Shown piece after piece: positions 46,328 through 55,569 of a stretch of 61,645 nt of DNA. Each line of letters starts with the position of its first letter. Position 1 is the first letter of the stretch. The stretch comes from Candidatus Velthaea sp. (GTDB lineage Bacteria > Vulcanimicrobiota > Vulcanimicrobiia > Vulcanimicrobiales > Vulcanimicrobiaceae): assembly GCA_050012475.1 (NCBI GenBank), contig JBEKHC010000018.1:1-61645 (forward strand). The letters run 5' to 3'. Made by a program: the position numbers and the translations under genes. Below the pieces are notes generated by a model, which saw only the letters and a list, made by a program, of their open reading frames with translations, was not told the DNA's origin and searched no databases.

Positions 46328-48295
46328 ATGAACGCCCAGCGCGTGCAAACGGTCATCCGCATCGGATGCGTGCTCGCGGCGATCCTTGCCGGCGGCACGG
46401 CGGTTGCCGAGTCGGGGAACGCGGCGCAAACACCGCAGCGGGTCCAGCTCGTGGCGCAGTTCGGCCTCGGCGACCTCGTCGGCGCCGGGAAAGACCTCGC
46501 GGTCAAATCGGCGCTGTCCGCCTTCGGCAAGTCGCTCGGCGATCAGCTGCCGATCGTGGTTGCGGCCAACGACGCGTATCCGACGGTCCCGTCGTTGCCG
46601 GGCGCCGCGTTCGCGCCGGCCGATGCGCCCGATATCAGCGCGGCGCTGCGCGCGTCGCGCGACGGAACGATCGCGCTGCCGCCCGGCGATTACGAGTTCC
46701 CGGTGGGAGTCTTCTGCATGCGCGCGACGTCCGGAAGCCCGCCCGGCCACCGCTATCTCGTCGCGCCGCTGCGGGGGAGCGCCGCCGACATCGTCACCGC
46801 GCTGGACGCACGTATTCCGTCGTACCCGACGGATCATCACGTGCTGCAAGTCCTGTCTTGGGACATCCAAGCCGGCATGGCGTATTCCGCGATGCAGCCC
46901 GACCAGCGCGCCGCCGTCGATCGCATCATTCCCGACTATCGCAGCCGGCTGAACGGTGACGTCTACCAAAACATCCGCGACCAGTATCAGAAGACCGCCG
47001 GGAGCGTCCCCGGCATGCCGTCGTTCGAAGATGCGCTCACGCGCATCGGACCCGTCGGCGCGCAGGTCGTCGCGCTGCAGAATCTGCGGCAGCAACTCGC
47101 CCAGCCGCCGCCCACGTTCGACGAACTCGCGCGCCGGCTCGTCCCAATCTTGCCCGCGCCCAAAACACCCGAGGGCGCAGGGCCGACGCCCTGGAGTCGC
47201 TACTCCGATCGGGTCTTCGTTCGATTCGTCACCGACGGCAACTATGCCACACCCGGAACGTACCAGGTGCGCGTCCTTGCGCCGGCCGGTTCAGCCGCAC
47301 CCGGGCCGGCGGGAGCCGCAGCGTCAGGTCCGCTCGGACCATCGGGCTCGGCCGCCCCGGCCTCCGCCGGCGTCCCGTTCACGAATACCGTCAACAATCC
47401 CGGCAGCGACGCCATTCAGCCCCTCACGCAGACGCCGTCGGCGCCGGTCGGCTATCATCCGCCGGGACCTCGTGCGCGCCCGACGCCCCCCGAGCCGAAA
47501 ATCATCTCCGAGACCGCTGCGACGATCCCGGCGAACCGGGCACGCACGCTCATCGGCGTCGGTGAACTCGTCATGCTCACGTTCACGGGCGGATCGGCCC
47601 TCTGGCACATCAACGGCCTAGGCGGGATGCTGCAGCCGGTCGGTCCGGACACCGCGCTGTATCGCGCTGCGCCGCAGGCCGCCTACGAAACGATCACCGC
47701 GACCGGCGTGCACGGCTCAGCGACGATCAGTTTCCAGGTCATCCCGCCGACCGGCGTCATCGACCGGGTCGTCGAGGGAACCTTGGATCTGCATCACCAC
47801 GATCGGCCGGACTCGGGCGTTCTCGTGCACACGTTCCTGACGCCCGACACCGTATCGTTCCAATTCATCCTGGTGATCGAGCGCGAAGTCGGCGCGGTCG
47901 GCAGCGGTGTATTCTTGCCCTTTAACAATATTGGGCATCATCCGCTCGACGTTTTCCTGCCGGTGGGCCCCGTCGTCCCCGGGCTTGGTTCGCCGATGCA
48001 ATCGGTCGACACCGCCTACTCCGGCGATCCGTGCACAGCGCCGCCGTTCGCTCCCGGGACCCTTGTCTTTTACATTCCGTACGAGTACGAATTGCGCGGC
48101 ACGACCCAGTCGTATCTGTTCCCGAGATCGGTCGTGCAGACCAGCGAAGTGCTGCTCGGCGGCAGCAACCTCCAAACCGCAAAGGCCGGAGCGTTCATGA
48201 CCGGACGCATCTCGGATCCGACGACGACCGCAAGACGGGGATGCGCGGATCCGCCCGACCCGCCGCCCGCTCCGCCGAAAAAAGCCAAGCACTAG
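46328..48295 (+). CDS. Secreted two-domain protein: thioester-like N-domain, Pro-rich linker, unknown C-domain
   Basis: Signal peptide; FCMRATSGSP...Y and LQVLSW; linker; IISET...RARTLIGVGE domain. Confidence 0.75.
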   Translation: MNAQRVQTVIRIGCVLAAILAGGTAVAESGNAAQTPQRVQLVAQFGLGDLVGAGKDLAVKSALSAFGKSLGDQLPIVVAANDAYPTVPSLPGAAFAPADAPDISAALRASRDGTIALPPGDYEFPVGVFCMRATSGSPPGHRYLVAPLRGSAADIVTALDARIPSYPTDHHVLQVLSWDIQAGMAYSAMQPDQRAAVDRIIPDYRSRLNGDVYQNIRDQYQKTAGSVPGMPSFEDALTRIGPVGAQVVALQNLRQQLAQPPPTFDELARRLVPILPAPKTPEGAGPTPWSRYSDRVFVRFVTDGNYATPGTYQVRVLAPAGSAAPGPAGAAASGPLGPSGSAAPASAGVPFTNTVNNPGSDAIQPLTQTPSAPVGYHPPGPRARPTPPEPKIISETAATIPANRARTLIGVGELVMLTFTGGSALWHINGLGGMLQPVGPDTALYRAAPQAAYETITATGVHGSATISFQVIPPTGVIDRVVEGTLDLHHHDRPDSGVLVHTFLTPDTVSFQFILVIEREVGAVGSGVFLPFNNIGHHPLDVFLPVGPVVPGLGSPMQSVDTAYSGDPCTAPPFAPGTLVFYIPYEYELRGTTQSYLFPRSVVQTSEVLLGGSNLQTAKAGAFMTGRISDPTTTARRGCADPPDPPPAPPKKAKH

Positions 48296-48392
48296 TTGAT
48301 CGACTTCGTCGATCCTTCGCCTTCGAGCTTCGCTCGAGCCGTCGCCCGCCGGGCAAAAGCCCGACGGGCTCCACAGGAGAGCCGCAACACCG

Positions 48393-48995
48393 ATGCGCAA
48401 AGCAATTGTGATCCTTGCTCTAGCGGCCCTCTGCACTGCGACCGCCGGCACGGCCGCCGCGCAAGACGTCAATGCGGTCAATACGCCGTTGCTGCAAGCG
48501 GCGCAACATTCATTGGATGAATTCGTCAAGACCAAAGCGCCGACGCCGTTTGAATTTGCGCTCGTCGATCTCGAGCATGTCAAGGTTGCGGCGGTCCCCG
48601 GGGCGGAACGGGATCGCGTGAGCGGCGCGTGGTTCGGCCTCTTCCGCGCGCTCGATGCCGTCAAGGATCCCTCGTTCGATCCGAAGGACGTTCCGCAACT
48701 CCACCTCGTGCCGCCGCCCGATCGCGGCGTAATCTATCCCGCCGGCGTCGATCCGAGTGCCTTGTCCGATCCGGCCGCGCGGGCGACGTACCAACAAGCG
48801 CTCAGCGAGAACCAGACCAAGGCCAAACGCTTTGCCGCGGCCTACCCGCTCTACGATCTCGACACGCGCGCGCAAGCGGCATTCCGGCTCTATCGCGCAA
48901 GCGCGTACACGACGTCCGCCGCCGACGCCGCCGACTTGCGGCGCGCGCTGGGCACGAGCGGCTTGTCGGCGGTGCGGCAGAAAGCGTTGTTCTAA
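48393..48995 (+). CDS. Secreted hypothetical protein, probable partner of the upstream protein
   Basis: Signal peptide AAA/Q; DPSFDPKDVP...PAGVDP...DPAARATYQQAL. Confidence 0.8.
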   Translation: MRKAIVILALAALCTATAGTAAAQDVNAVNTPLLQAAQHSLDEFVKTKAPTPFEFALVDLEHVKVAAVPGAERDRVSGAWFGLFRALDAVKDPSFDPKDVPQLHLVPPPDRGVIYPAGVDPSALSDPAARATYQQALSENQTKAKRFAAAYPLYDLDTRAQAAFRLYRASAYTTSAADAADLRRALGTSGLSAVRQKALF

Positions 48996-49013
48996 AGCGG
49001 TGCCGCGCGTCGG

Positions 49014-50108
49014 TCAGGTAAGCGCGGCGGTTGGGGTGGAGCGGGCCAGTCCGGCGATGACGGCGTCGGCGAAGCCGGCGGTGGTGGCAGCTGATTCGCC
49101 CGATGCGCACAGGTCGGCGGTGCGCGGACCGCGGGCGAGCGTTGCGGCGACCGCGCTTTCGATCGCGTCGGCGGCGGCGTGTTCGCCCAATGAAAAGCGG
49201 GCCAGCAAGGCGGCCGAAAGGATCGCGCCGGCCGGATTGGCGCGGTTGGTCCCGGCGATGTCCGGGGCGGTTCCGCTGATCGGCTCGTATAAGCCGAATC
49301 GCTCCGCGCCGTCGGCTGCGCCGAGGCTCGCGCTGGGTGCCGTGCCGATCGATCCGGTGATCATCGCGGCTTCGTCGGACAAGATGTCGCCGAACATGTT
49401 CTCGGTGACGATGACGTCAAAGCGCCGCGGATCGCGGACCAGCTGCATCGCGGCGTTGTCGACGAGCATGTGCTCGAGTTCGACGTCCGGATAGTCCGCC
49501 GCGCGTTCGGTGACGATCCGGCGCCAGAGCTGCGAACTCACCAGCACGTTGTTCTTGTCGATCGAGGTCAGCCGTTTGCGCCGCGAGCGGGCCAACTCGA
49601 AGGCGAACACGACGACGCGTTCGATCTCCGGGGCCGTATAGATCAGCGTTTCCCGCGCGGTCATCACGCCGGCTTCGAGCTCCAGCGATTTGGCGCCGAA
49701 ATACAAGCCGCCGGTCAGCTCGCGCACCAGCGCAAGGTCCATCCCGCGCACGATCTCGGTGCGCAGCGGCGAGCGCTCTTCGAGGCCCGCGAACACGTGC
49801 GACGGGCGCAGATTGGCGAACAGCCCGAAGCGTTTGCGCAGGCCCAAGATCCCGGCTTCCGGACGCTGCTCGGGCCGCACGCCGTCGAATCCGGGACCGC
49901 CGACCGCGCCGAACAAGATCGCCTTCGACGCGGCGCAGATAGTCAGCGTTTCGTCCGGCAGCGGCGTTCCGTGCGCAGCGATCGCCGCGGCGCCGACCGC
50001 CGCCGGCACGAAGGTAAGCTCGGGGAGGATCGTGGCGAGCACACGCTGCGCGGCGGCGGTAATTTCGGGTCCGATGCCGTCGCCGGCCAGGACGGCTACT
50101 TGCGACAA
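49014..50108 (-). CDS. leuB: 3-isopropylmalate dehydrogenase
   Basis: GDGIGPE, RELTGGLYFG, NMFGDILSD, APDIAG; GGGAGG SD and TTG start. Confidence 0.95.
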   Translation of the reverse strand: MSQVAVLAGDGIGPEITAAAQRVLATILPELTFVPAAVGAAAIAAHGTPLPDETLTICAASKAILFGAVGGPGFDGVRPEQRPEAGILGLRKRFGLFANLRPSHVFAGLEERSPLRTEIVRGMDLALVRELTGGLYFGAKSLELEAGVMTARETLIYTAPEIERVVVFAFELARSRRKRLTSIDKNNVLVSSQLWRRIVTERAADYPDVELEHMLVDNAAMQLVRDPRRFDVIVTENMFGDILSDEAAMITGSIGTAPSASLGAADGAERFGLYEPISGTAPDIAGTNRANPAGAILSAALLARFSLGEHAAADAIESAVAATLARGPRTADLCASGESAATTAGFADAVIAGLARSTPTAALT

Positions 50109-50626
50109 GCCGCCTCCCACGCCCGAACCGTTGCGATCTTGGAGGCCAAATACGGCAAGAAGCCGCCGCCGGTGATGAACGCTTTCCGCAGCGCGTCGAG
50201 CTCGAACGCGATCGGCGCGCCGCCGTCGAGACGGACCGTCTGATCGTCGACGTCGATCACGGCCCGCGTCGCGGCTGCGAACGCGGCCAGCTGCGCCGGA
50301 GCGATGACGATCGGAACGATCGCGTTGTTGTAGGCATTCTCGAGAAAGATGCGCGCGAAGCTGGGCGCGATCACCGCCCGAAAGCCGCGGTCGCGCAGCG
50401 CCCACGCGGCGTGTTCGCGCGACGAGCCGCAGCCGAAATTTTCCCCGGTGACGAGGATTGCGGCGTCGGGCACGCGGGCCAGCAATTCAGCGCCGTCGGG
50501 CATGCCGCTCAGGCAATACTGGCCCATACCGTCTTCGTCGATGCTCGTGAGGTAGTGCGCGGGGATGATCTGATCGGTGTCGATGTTGGGGCGCGGGATC
50601 GCCAAGATGTGGCCGTCGATGATCAT
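50096..50626 (-). CDS. leuD: 3-isopropylmalate dehydratase small subunit
   Basis: NIDTDQIIP, NFGCGSSREHA. Confidence 0.95.
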   Translation of the reverse strand: MIIDGHILAIPRPNIDTDQIIPAHYLTSIDEDGMGQYCLSGMPDGAELLARVPDAAILVTGENFGCGSSREHAAWALRDRGFRAVIAPSFARIFLENAYNNAIVPIVIAPAQLAAFAAATRAVIDVDDQTVRLDGGAPIAFELDALRKAFITGGGFLPYLASKIATVRAWEAACRK

Positions 50627-51957
50627 GCCGGCACCGCTTCGCGAACGTCGATCTCGGCCGGCGACCCGATCCGGCCGAGGATTGCGCTGGCTGCGACGAC
50701 GACGGGTGAGGCCAGGTGCACGCGTCCGCCGGCGCCCATGCGGCCGGGGAAGTTGCGATTGGTCGACGAGATGCAGCGCGCCCCAGGCGCGATGACGCCC
50801 ATCGACATGCCCAGGCACGGCCCGCACGACGAGTGCGTCCACAAACAGCCGGCGTCTTGGAAGATATCGTGCAGGCCTTCACGTTCGGCTTGTCGCCGCA
50901 CGGCTTGCGAGCCGGGCGTGACGATCGTCGGAACGCTGACTTTGCGGCCGCGGAACACGGCCGCCGCCGCGCGCAGATCCGAGATGCGCGCGTTGGTGCA
51001 CGAGCCGATGAAGGCTTGGTCGATGGCGATGCTGGTCAGCTCCTGACCGACCTGCAGGTCCATGTATTCGAGCGATACGGGGTCAGCGCCGGCCGGGACG
51101 CGGCCATTAATGGGCGCGGATTCTCCCGGATTGACGCCCCATGAAACCAGCGGCCGGATCGCGCTGCCGTCGATGGTGACGGTCGCGTCGTAGCGAGCGT
51201 CGTCATCGGCGCGTTCCATACCGTAGCCCGTCGGCGCGAGCGGCGTGGTGCCCAGATACGCGCTGGTCGTGTCGTCCGCGGCGATGATGCCGCTGGTGGC
51301 GCCCGATTCGATCGCCATGTTGCACAGCGTCATGCGTTCTTCCATGGTCAATGCGCGGATCGCCGAACCGGTGTATTCGAGCACGTATCCCGTGCCGCCG
51401 CGGAAGCCGATCGTCGCGATCACGCCCAGCGCGAGGTCTTTTGCTGTGGCGTCGGACGCCAGTTTCCCGCTGACCTCGACCCGCATGACCTTGGGCCGCT
51501 GCAAAATCAAACATCCGGCCAGCATCGCGCCGGCCTGCGCGGTGGTGCCGATCCCGAGCGCGAACGCGCCGAACGCACCGAGCGTGCAGGTGTGGCTGTC
51601 GCCGCAGCACACCGTCATCCCGGGCGTAACGTAACCGCGTTCGGGCACGATGACGTGACAGATGCCGTTGTCGCCGATGTCGTGCATCGTGATACCCTGC
51701 CGTTTCGCCCACTGCCGCACGACCTGGGCCTGAATGGCCGTGGCGGTGTCTTTGGCCGGCGAGACGTGGTCGTTCATCGCCACGATGCGGTTCTTGTCGT
51801 ACAGCCGGTCGCCGAATTCTTTCTGGATCGCGATCGCACCCTGCGGCGTCGTGATTTCATGCGCGACGACGAGATCCATGAACACCAGGGCGTTGCCGCC
51901 GGCGAGCTCCTCGACGACGTGCGCGTCCCAAACTTTGTCAAACAGCGACCGGTTCAC
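50623..51957 (-). CDS. leuC: 3-isopropylmalate dehydratase large subunit
   Basis: DSHTCT, GSCTN, CGPCLG, TNRNF. Confidence 0.95.
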   Translation of the reverse strand: MNRSLFDKVWDAHVVEELAGGNALVFMDLVVAHEITTPQGAIAIQKEFGDRLYDKNRIVAMNDHVSPAKDTATAIQAQVVRQWAKRQGITMHDIGDNGICHVIVPERGYVTPGMTVCCGDSHTCTLGAFGAFALGIGTTAQAGAMLAGCLILQRPKVMRVEVSGKLASDATAKDLALGVIATIGFRGGTGYVLEYTGSAIRALTMEERMTLCNMAIESGATSGIIAADDTTSAYLGTTPLAPTGYGMERADDDARYDATVTIDGSAIRPLVSWGVNPGESAPINGRVPAGADPVSLEYMDLQVGQELTSIAIDQAFIGSCTNARISDLRAAAAVFRGRKVSVPTIVTPGSQAVRRQAEREGLHDIFQDAGCLWTHSSCGPCLGMSMGVIAPGARCISSTNRNFPGRMGAGGRVHLASPVVVAASAILGRIGSPAEIDVREAVPA

Positions 51958-53131
51958 GAGTTCCTCCTAGTACGCGCGCGGCGATCGCGATCAGATCGTT
52001 ATCCGTGACGATCGTGCGCGTTTGTGAAAAATCGATGACGGCGGCGGCGAACGCGCGTTCTTCGCTTTCGTCGATCGCGCAGCCCAGCTCTTGCGCCCGG
52101 GTCACGATCGCGTGCCGTCCGGAGTTGCGGCTGATCGTCAACATCGTGCGCGCGCCGACGATCGCGGCGTCGAGGATTTCATACGTCCGGCGATCCTTGA
52201 GCACGCCGTCTTGATGGATGCCGGACTCGTGCGCGAACGCGTTCGCACCGACGATCGCCTTGTTCTTTTGGACCGGCATGTGGGTTGCTTCGGAGACCGC
52301 CTTCGACAAGTTGTGCAGCCGGTCGAGCGCGACGCCCGACGTATACGGCAGCACGTCGCGCCGGACGTAGAACGCCGAAACGATCTCTTCGAGCGCGCAA
52401 TTGCCGGCTCGCTCGCCAATCCCGTTGATCGTGCATTCGACTTGGCGCGCTCCGGCCTTCACCGCCGCCAGCGCGTTCGCCGTCGCCAGCCCGAGGTCGT
52501 TGTGGGTGTGCACGCTGATGACCGCGCCCGCGATGCCTTCCGTGCGGTCGCGGATCGCGGCGATCGCCGCGCTCATGTCGTCGGGCGTCGCATAGCCGAC
52601 GGTATCGGGGAAACTCACGGTGGTCGCGCCGGCCCGGATCGCGGCGGCGAAGACCTCGATGACGAAGTCGATGTCGCTGCGTGACGCGTCCTCGGCCGAG
52701 AACTCGACGTCGTCGGTGAACCGGCGCGCGAAACGCACCGAATCGGTGACCCGCTGCACGGCGGCCTCGCGCGTGATGCGCAGCTTTTTGGCGAGATGCA
52801 AATCAGAGGTGGCGACGACCACGTGAATGCGCGGCGCTTCCGCTTCGGCCAGGGCCGCCGCCGCCGCTTCGATGTCCGCGTAGGTGCAGCGCGCGACGGC
52901 GGCAATGCGCGTGCCGCGCACGCGCTTCGCGATTTCGGCGACGCTGGCCGCGGTAAGCGCCGAGGCGGCCGGGAAGCCGGCCTCGATGCAGTCGACCCGC
53001 GCTTCGGCCAGCAATTCGGCGATGCGCAGCCGATCGGCCGGAGTCATCGTCGCGCCCGGCGACTCTTCACCGTCGCGCAACGTGGTGTCGAAGATCAGGA
53101 CGTTTTCCAACGCCGCGTCGCCGTTCGACAT
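51938..53131 (-). CDS. leuA: 2-isopropylmalate synthase, short form (397 aa)
   Basis: DTTLRDGE, HTHNDLG, GIGERAGN, HESGIHQDG; no C-terminal regulatory domain. Confidence 0.9.
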   Translation of the reverse strand: MSNGDAALENVLIFDTTLRDGEESPGATMTPADRLRIAELLAEARVDCIEAGFPAASALTAASVAEIAKRVRGTRIAAVARCTYADIEAAAAALAEAEAPRIHVVVATSDLHLAKKLRITREAAVQRVTDSVRFARRFTDDVEFSAEDASRSDIDFVIEVFAAAIRAGATTVSFPDTVGYATPDDMSAAIAAIRDRTEGIAGAVISVHTHNDLGLATANALAAVKAGARQVECTINGIGERAGNCALEEIVSAFYVRRDVLPYTSGVALDRLHNLSKAVSEATHMPVQKNKAIVGANAFAHESGIHQDGVLKDRRTYEILDAAIVGARTMLTISRNSGRHAIVTRAQELGCAIDESEERAFAAAVIDFSQTRTIVTDNDLIAIAARVLGGTREPVAV

Positions 53132-54135
53132 TATTTCGCCGCTGCCGGTTCGCGCAGCCAGGGCATCAGGCCGCGCAGCCGCTTGCCGATGTCTTCGATC
53201 GGGTGCTTCGCCGCTTTGGCGCGGAAAGCGTTGAACGACGGTTTGCCCGCGGCGTGTTCGGCAACCCATTCCTGGGCGAATTGACCGCTTTGAATCTCGC
53301 TCAGAATCGTCTTCATCGCGGCGCGCGTTTCGGCCGTGACGATTCGCGGGCCGCGCGTGTAGTCGCCGTATTTGGCGGTGTTGCTGATCGCGCCGCGCAT
53401 GCCTTCGATGCCGCGCTCGTACACCAGATCGATGATCAGCTTCATCTCGTGCAGCACCTCGAAGTACGCCATCTCGGGCGCATACCCGGCCTCGGTGAGC
53501 GTATCGAAGCCTGCGGTGATCAGCTCCGACACGCCGCCGCACAGCACGGCCTGCTCGCCGAACAGATCGGTCTCGGTCTCTTCCTTGAACGTGGTTTCGA
53601 GGACGCCGGCGCGGCCGGCACCGATCCCCGCAGCATAGGCGAAGCCCAGTTCGCGCGCCTTGCCCGTGGGGTTTTGGTAGACGGCAACGAGCGCCGGCAC
53701 GCCGCGTCCGGCTTCATATTCGCTGCGCACTAGGCGTCCGGGGCCCTTGGGGGCGATCATGAAAACGTCGTTCCCGGCCGGCGGAACGATCGTGCCGAAG
53801 TGGATCGCGAAGCCGTGGGCAAACACCAGCGCGGCCGCCGGCTTGAGGTTTTCCTTGACGCTGCGCAGGTAGGTGGCGGGCTGCTCTTCATCCGGGATGA
53901 GCATCATCACCAGGTCCGCGCGCTTGACCGCGTCGGCGACGTCGGCGACGTTGACCCCGTCGCGCCGCGCTTCTTCGCGCTTGGCGGAGTCCGGCCGCAT
54001 CCCGACGACCACGTCGAGACCTGAATCGCGCAGGTTCAGCGCGTGGGCGCGGCCCTGGCTGCCGAAGCCGATGATCGCGATCGTCTTCCCGTCGAGCGCG
54101 TGCCGATCGATGTCGGCGTCGTAAAATGCTTGCAT
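53131..54135 (-). CDS. ilvC: Ketol-acid reductoisomerase
   Basis: [27 protein letters not shown]. Confidence 0.96.
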   Translation of the reverse strand: MQAFYDADIDRHALDGKTIAIIGFGSQGRAHALNLRDSGLDVVVGMRPDSAKREEARRDGVNVADVADAVKRADLVMMLIPDEEQPATYLRSVKENLKPAAALVFAHGFAIHFGTIVPPAGNDVFMIAPKGPGRLVRSEYEAGRGVPALVAVYQNPTGKARELGFAYAAGIGAGRAGVLETTFKEETETDLFGEQAVLCGGVSELITAGFDTLTEAGYAPEMAYFEVLHEMKLIIDLVYERGIEGMRGAISNTAKYGDYTRGPRIVTAETRAAMKTILSEIQSGQFAQEWVAEHAAGKPSFNAFRAKAAKHPIEDIGKRLRGLMPWLREPAAAK

Positions 54136-54200
54136 CTGCTGTTATGCTCCCGCCGCGTTGATTGCAGCGCTACTCTGGGCTTCCACGGCGGCTCCTCATA

Positions 54201-54231
54201 GAAAAGCCCCCCGCCGACGGGCGAGGGGCTT
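54201..54231 (-). terminator. Attenuator terminator upstream of ilvC
   Basis: Minus strand aagcccctcgcc-cgtc-ggcggggggctt then ttct. Confidence 0.8.
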
Positions 54232-54259
54232 GAAGTGTGCGATCCGAGGTCGTTTCGCG

Positions 54260-54337
54260 CTACAACAAAGCCGCTCGCTGCCCGGTAAGGAGCGCGAGAA
54301 GCCCGAGGAGCGACAGGGAACGACCGGCTACGGACAT
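54260..54337 (-). CDS. Leu-rich leader peptide MSVAGRSLSLLGLLALLTGQRAALL
   Basis: Seven Leu in ten codons; between promoter and terminator of ilvC-leuACDB. Confidence 0.85.
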   Translation of the reverse strand: MSVAGRSLSLLGLLALLTGQRAALL

Positions 54338-54346
54338 CGTGCTCGT

Positions 54347-54376
54347 TTTGTACCATGACCCTCCTGAAGGCGTCAA
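54347..54376 (-). promoter_or_regulatory. sigma70-type promoter of the ilvC-leu operon
   Basis: TTGACG-18 nt-TACAAA with TG extension. Confidence 0.7.
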
Positions 54377-54540
54377 GCGCACCGGCGCGCGCCCTGAGCC
54401 CAAAGCCCTAGCCTGCGGGGTCGAGCGATACCGTCGGGCGACCGGGGTTGCCACGTACACTAGTCGACACAAGCTTTACGACCGCCCCGATGCTTGCCGG
54501 TTCGCAGCCCGGCCGGCGACGACACTTTGGAGAGCCAACG

Positions 54541-54900
54541 ATGTCCGACATCCACCAACTCATCGCCGAATTTCGCCGCGCCGGGGCGATCATCGAACTG
54601 GGCGGCGGTGACCGGGTGCGGTTCAAGCCGGGCCATGGACCGGTGCCGCCCGGACTGCTGGCCGAGCTTCGCTCGCGCAAGGCCGAAGTGATCGCCGCGC
54701 TGGGCGGATCGCCGGTGCCGCCGCGCCGCGAAGACTATATCCCGGTCTGCCCGGAGTTCGTCGGCTCACGAACCATCTTGCGCCACCCCGGGTTCGCCTG
54801 CGGCCGCTGCGGGAACCGCTACGATCGCCACGCCGAAGCCGGCAAGGCTTCCGCAGCGCCCGAGGTCCTCGAGTTCTTGGCGGCGCTGCTGCGCAAGTAG
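54541..54900 (+). CDS. Small protein: TubC-N-like docking domain plus Cys/His zinc-finger-like tail
   Basis: GGAG SD; LIAEFRRAGAIIEL..GDRVRF...LLAELRSRKAEVIAAL; C..H..CGRCG..H. Confidence 0.7.
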   Translation: MSDIHQLIAEFRRAGAIIELGGGDRVRFKPGHGPVPPGLLAELRSRKAEVIAALGGSPVPPRREDYIPVCPEFVGSRTILRHPGFACGRCGNRYDRHAEAGKASAAPEVLEFLAALLRK

Positions 54901-54926
54901 GCACCGGCGTGCGCGCTCGCTCTGCC

Positions 54927-54953
54927 TAACGAACGAAGCACGGATGCCGATAT
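54927..54953 (+). promoter_or_regulatory. sigma28-like promoter
   Basis: TAAC-N15-GCCGATAT. Confidence 0.6.
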
Positions 54954-54983
54954 TCCCCTTGATTGGATGGTGGGGAAACCCGA

Positions 54984-55562
54984 ATGCGGAATTCTTTCGG
55001 CCGTTGTTGCGCGCGAACGTTGCTTGCTGCGCTCATCGTCGTGCCGCCAACCATGTTTTCGAGCGCGTCCGCCGGCGATGAACGCTATCTCATGCATCCG
55101 ACCGCGCTCATCGCCGTGCGCAACGCGCCCGTTGCGGTCACCGGCTGCCGCTTCAACAATCACCCGTACTACGTGTTCCTCGGCGACGTCGAGGTCGCGA
55201 ATCGGAGCGACCGGTTTCTCCGATCGTTCACCGTCCGCTGGACGCTGTTCGATCGCGCCGGCGCGCCGATGGGGCGGAGAGACCACGTCTACGCCCTGAG
55301 CAACGGCCTTGCACCGGGCGAAAGCGCGATGCTCGTCGAGGGCTTCGATATCCGGCGGACCGAACCGGCGGCCGCAATCACGCACGTGACCTGCCGGCTC
55401 GAAGCGGTCAAGCTCGAGGGCAACCAGATCTGGACCTACGGCCATCCGTGGGGCCGCGGCGCTCGGGCGGTCAAGGCGCCGATCTCTGCCCGGACATCGC
55501 CGGACGATCCGGCTGACGCGGCGCGCAACGGATCGGCCGGCGCGCCGGCGGTCAGCCAGTAA
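54984..55562 (+). CDS. Secreted Ig-like (FxLYD-like) hypothetical protein
   Basis: Signal peptide; VANRS...WTLFDRAG...LAPGES; Cys pair. Confidence 0.7.
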   Translation: MRNSFGRCCARTLLAALIVVPPTMFSSASAGDERYLMHPTALIAVRNAPVAVTGCRFNNHPYYVFLGDVEVANRSDRFLRSFTVRWTLFDRAGAPMGRRDHVYALSNGLAPGESAMLVEGFDIRRTEPAAAITHVTCRLEAVKLEGNQIWTYGHPWGRGARAVKAPISARTSPDDPADAARNGSAGAPAVSQ

Positions 55563-55569
55563 GGGCGTC

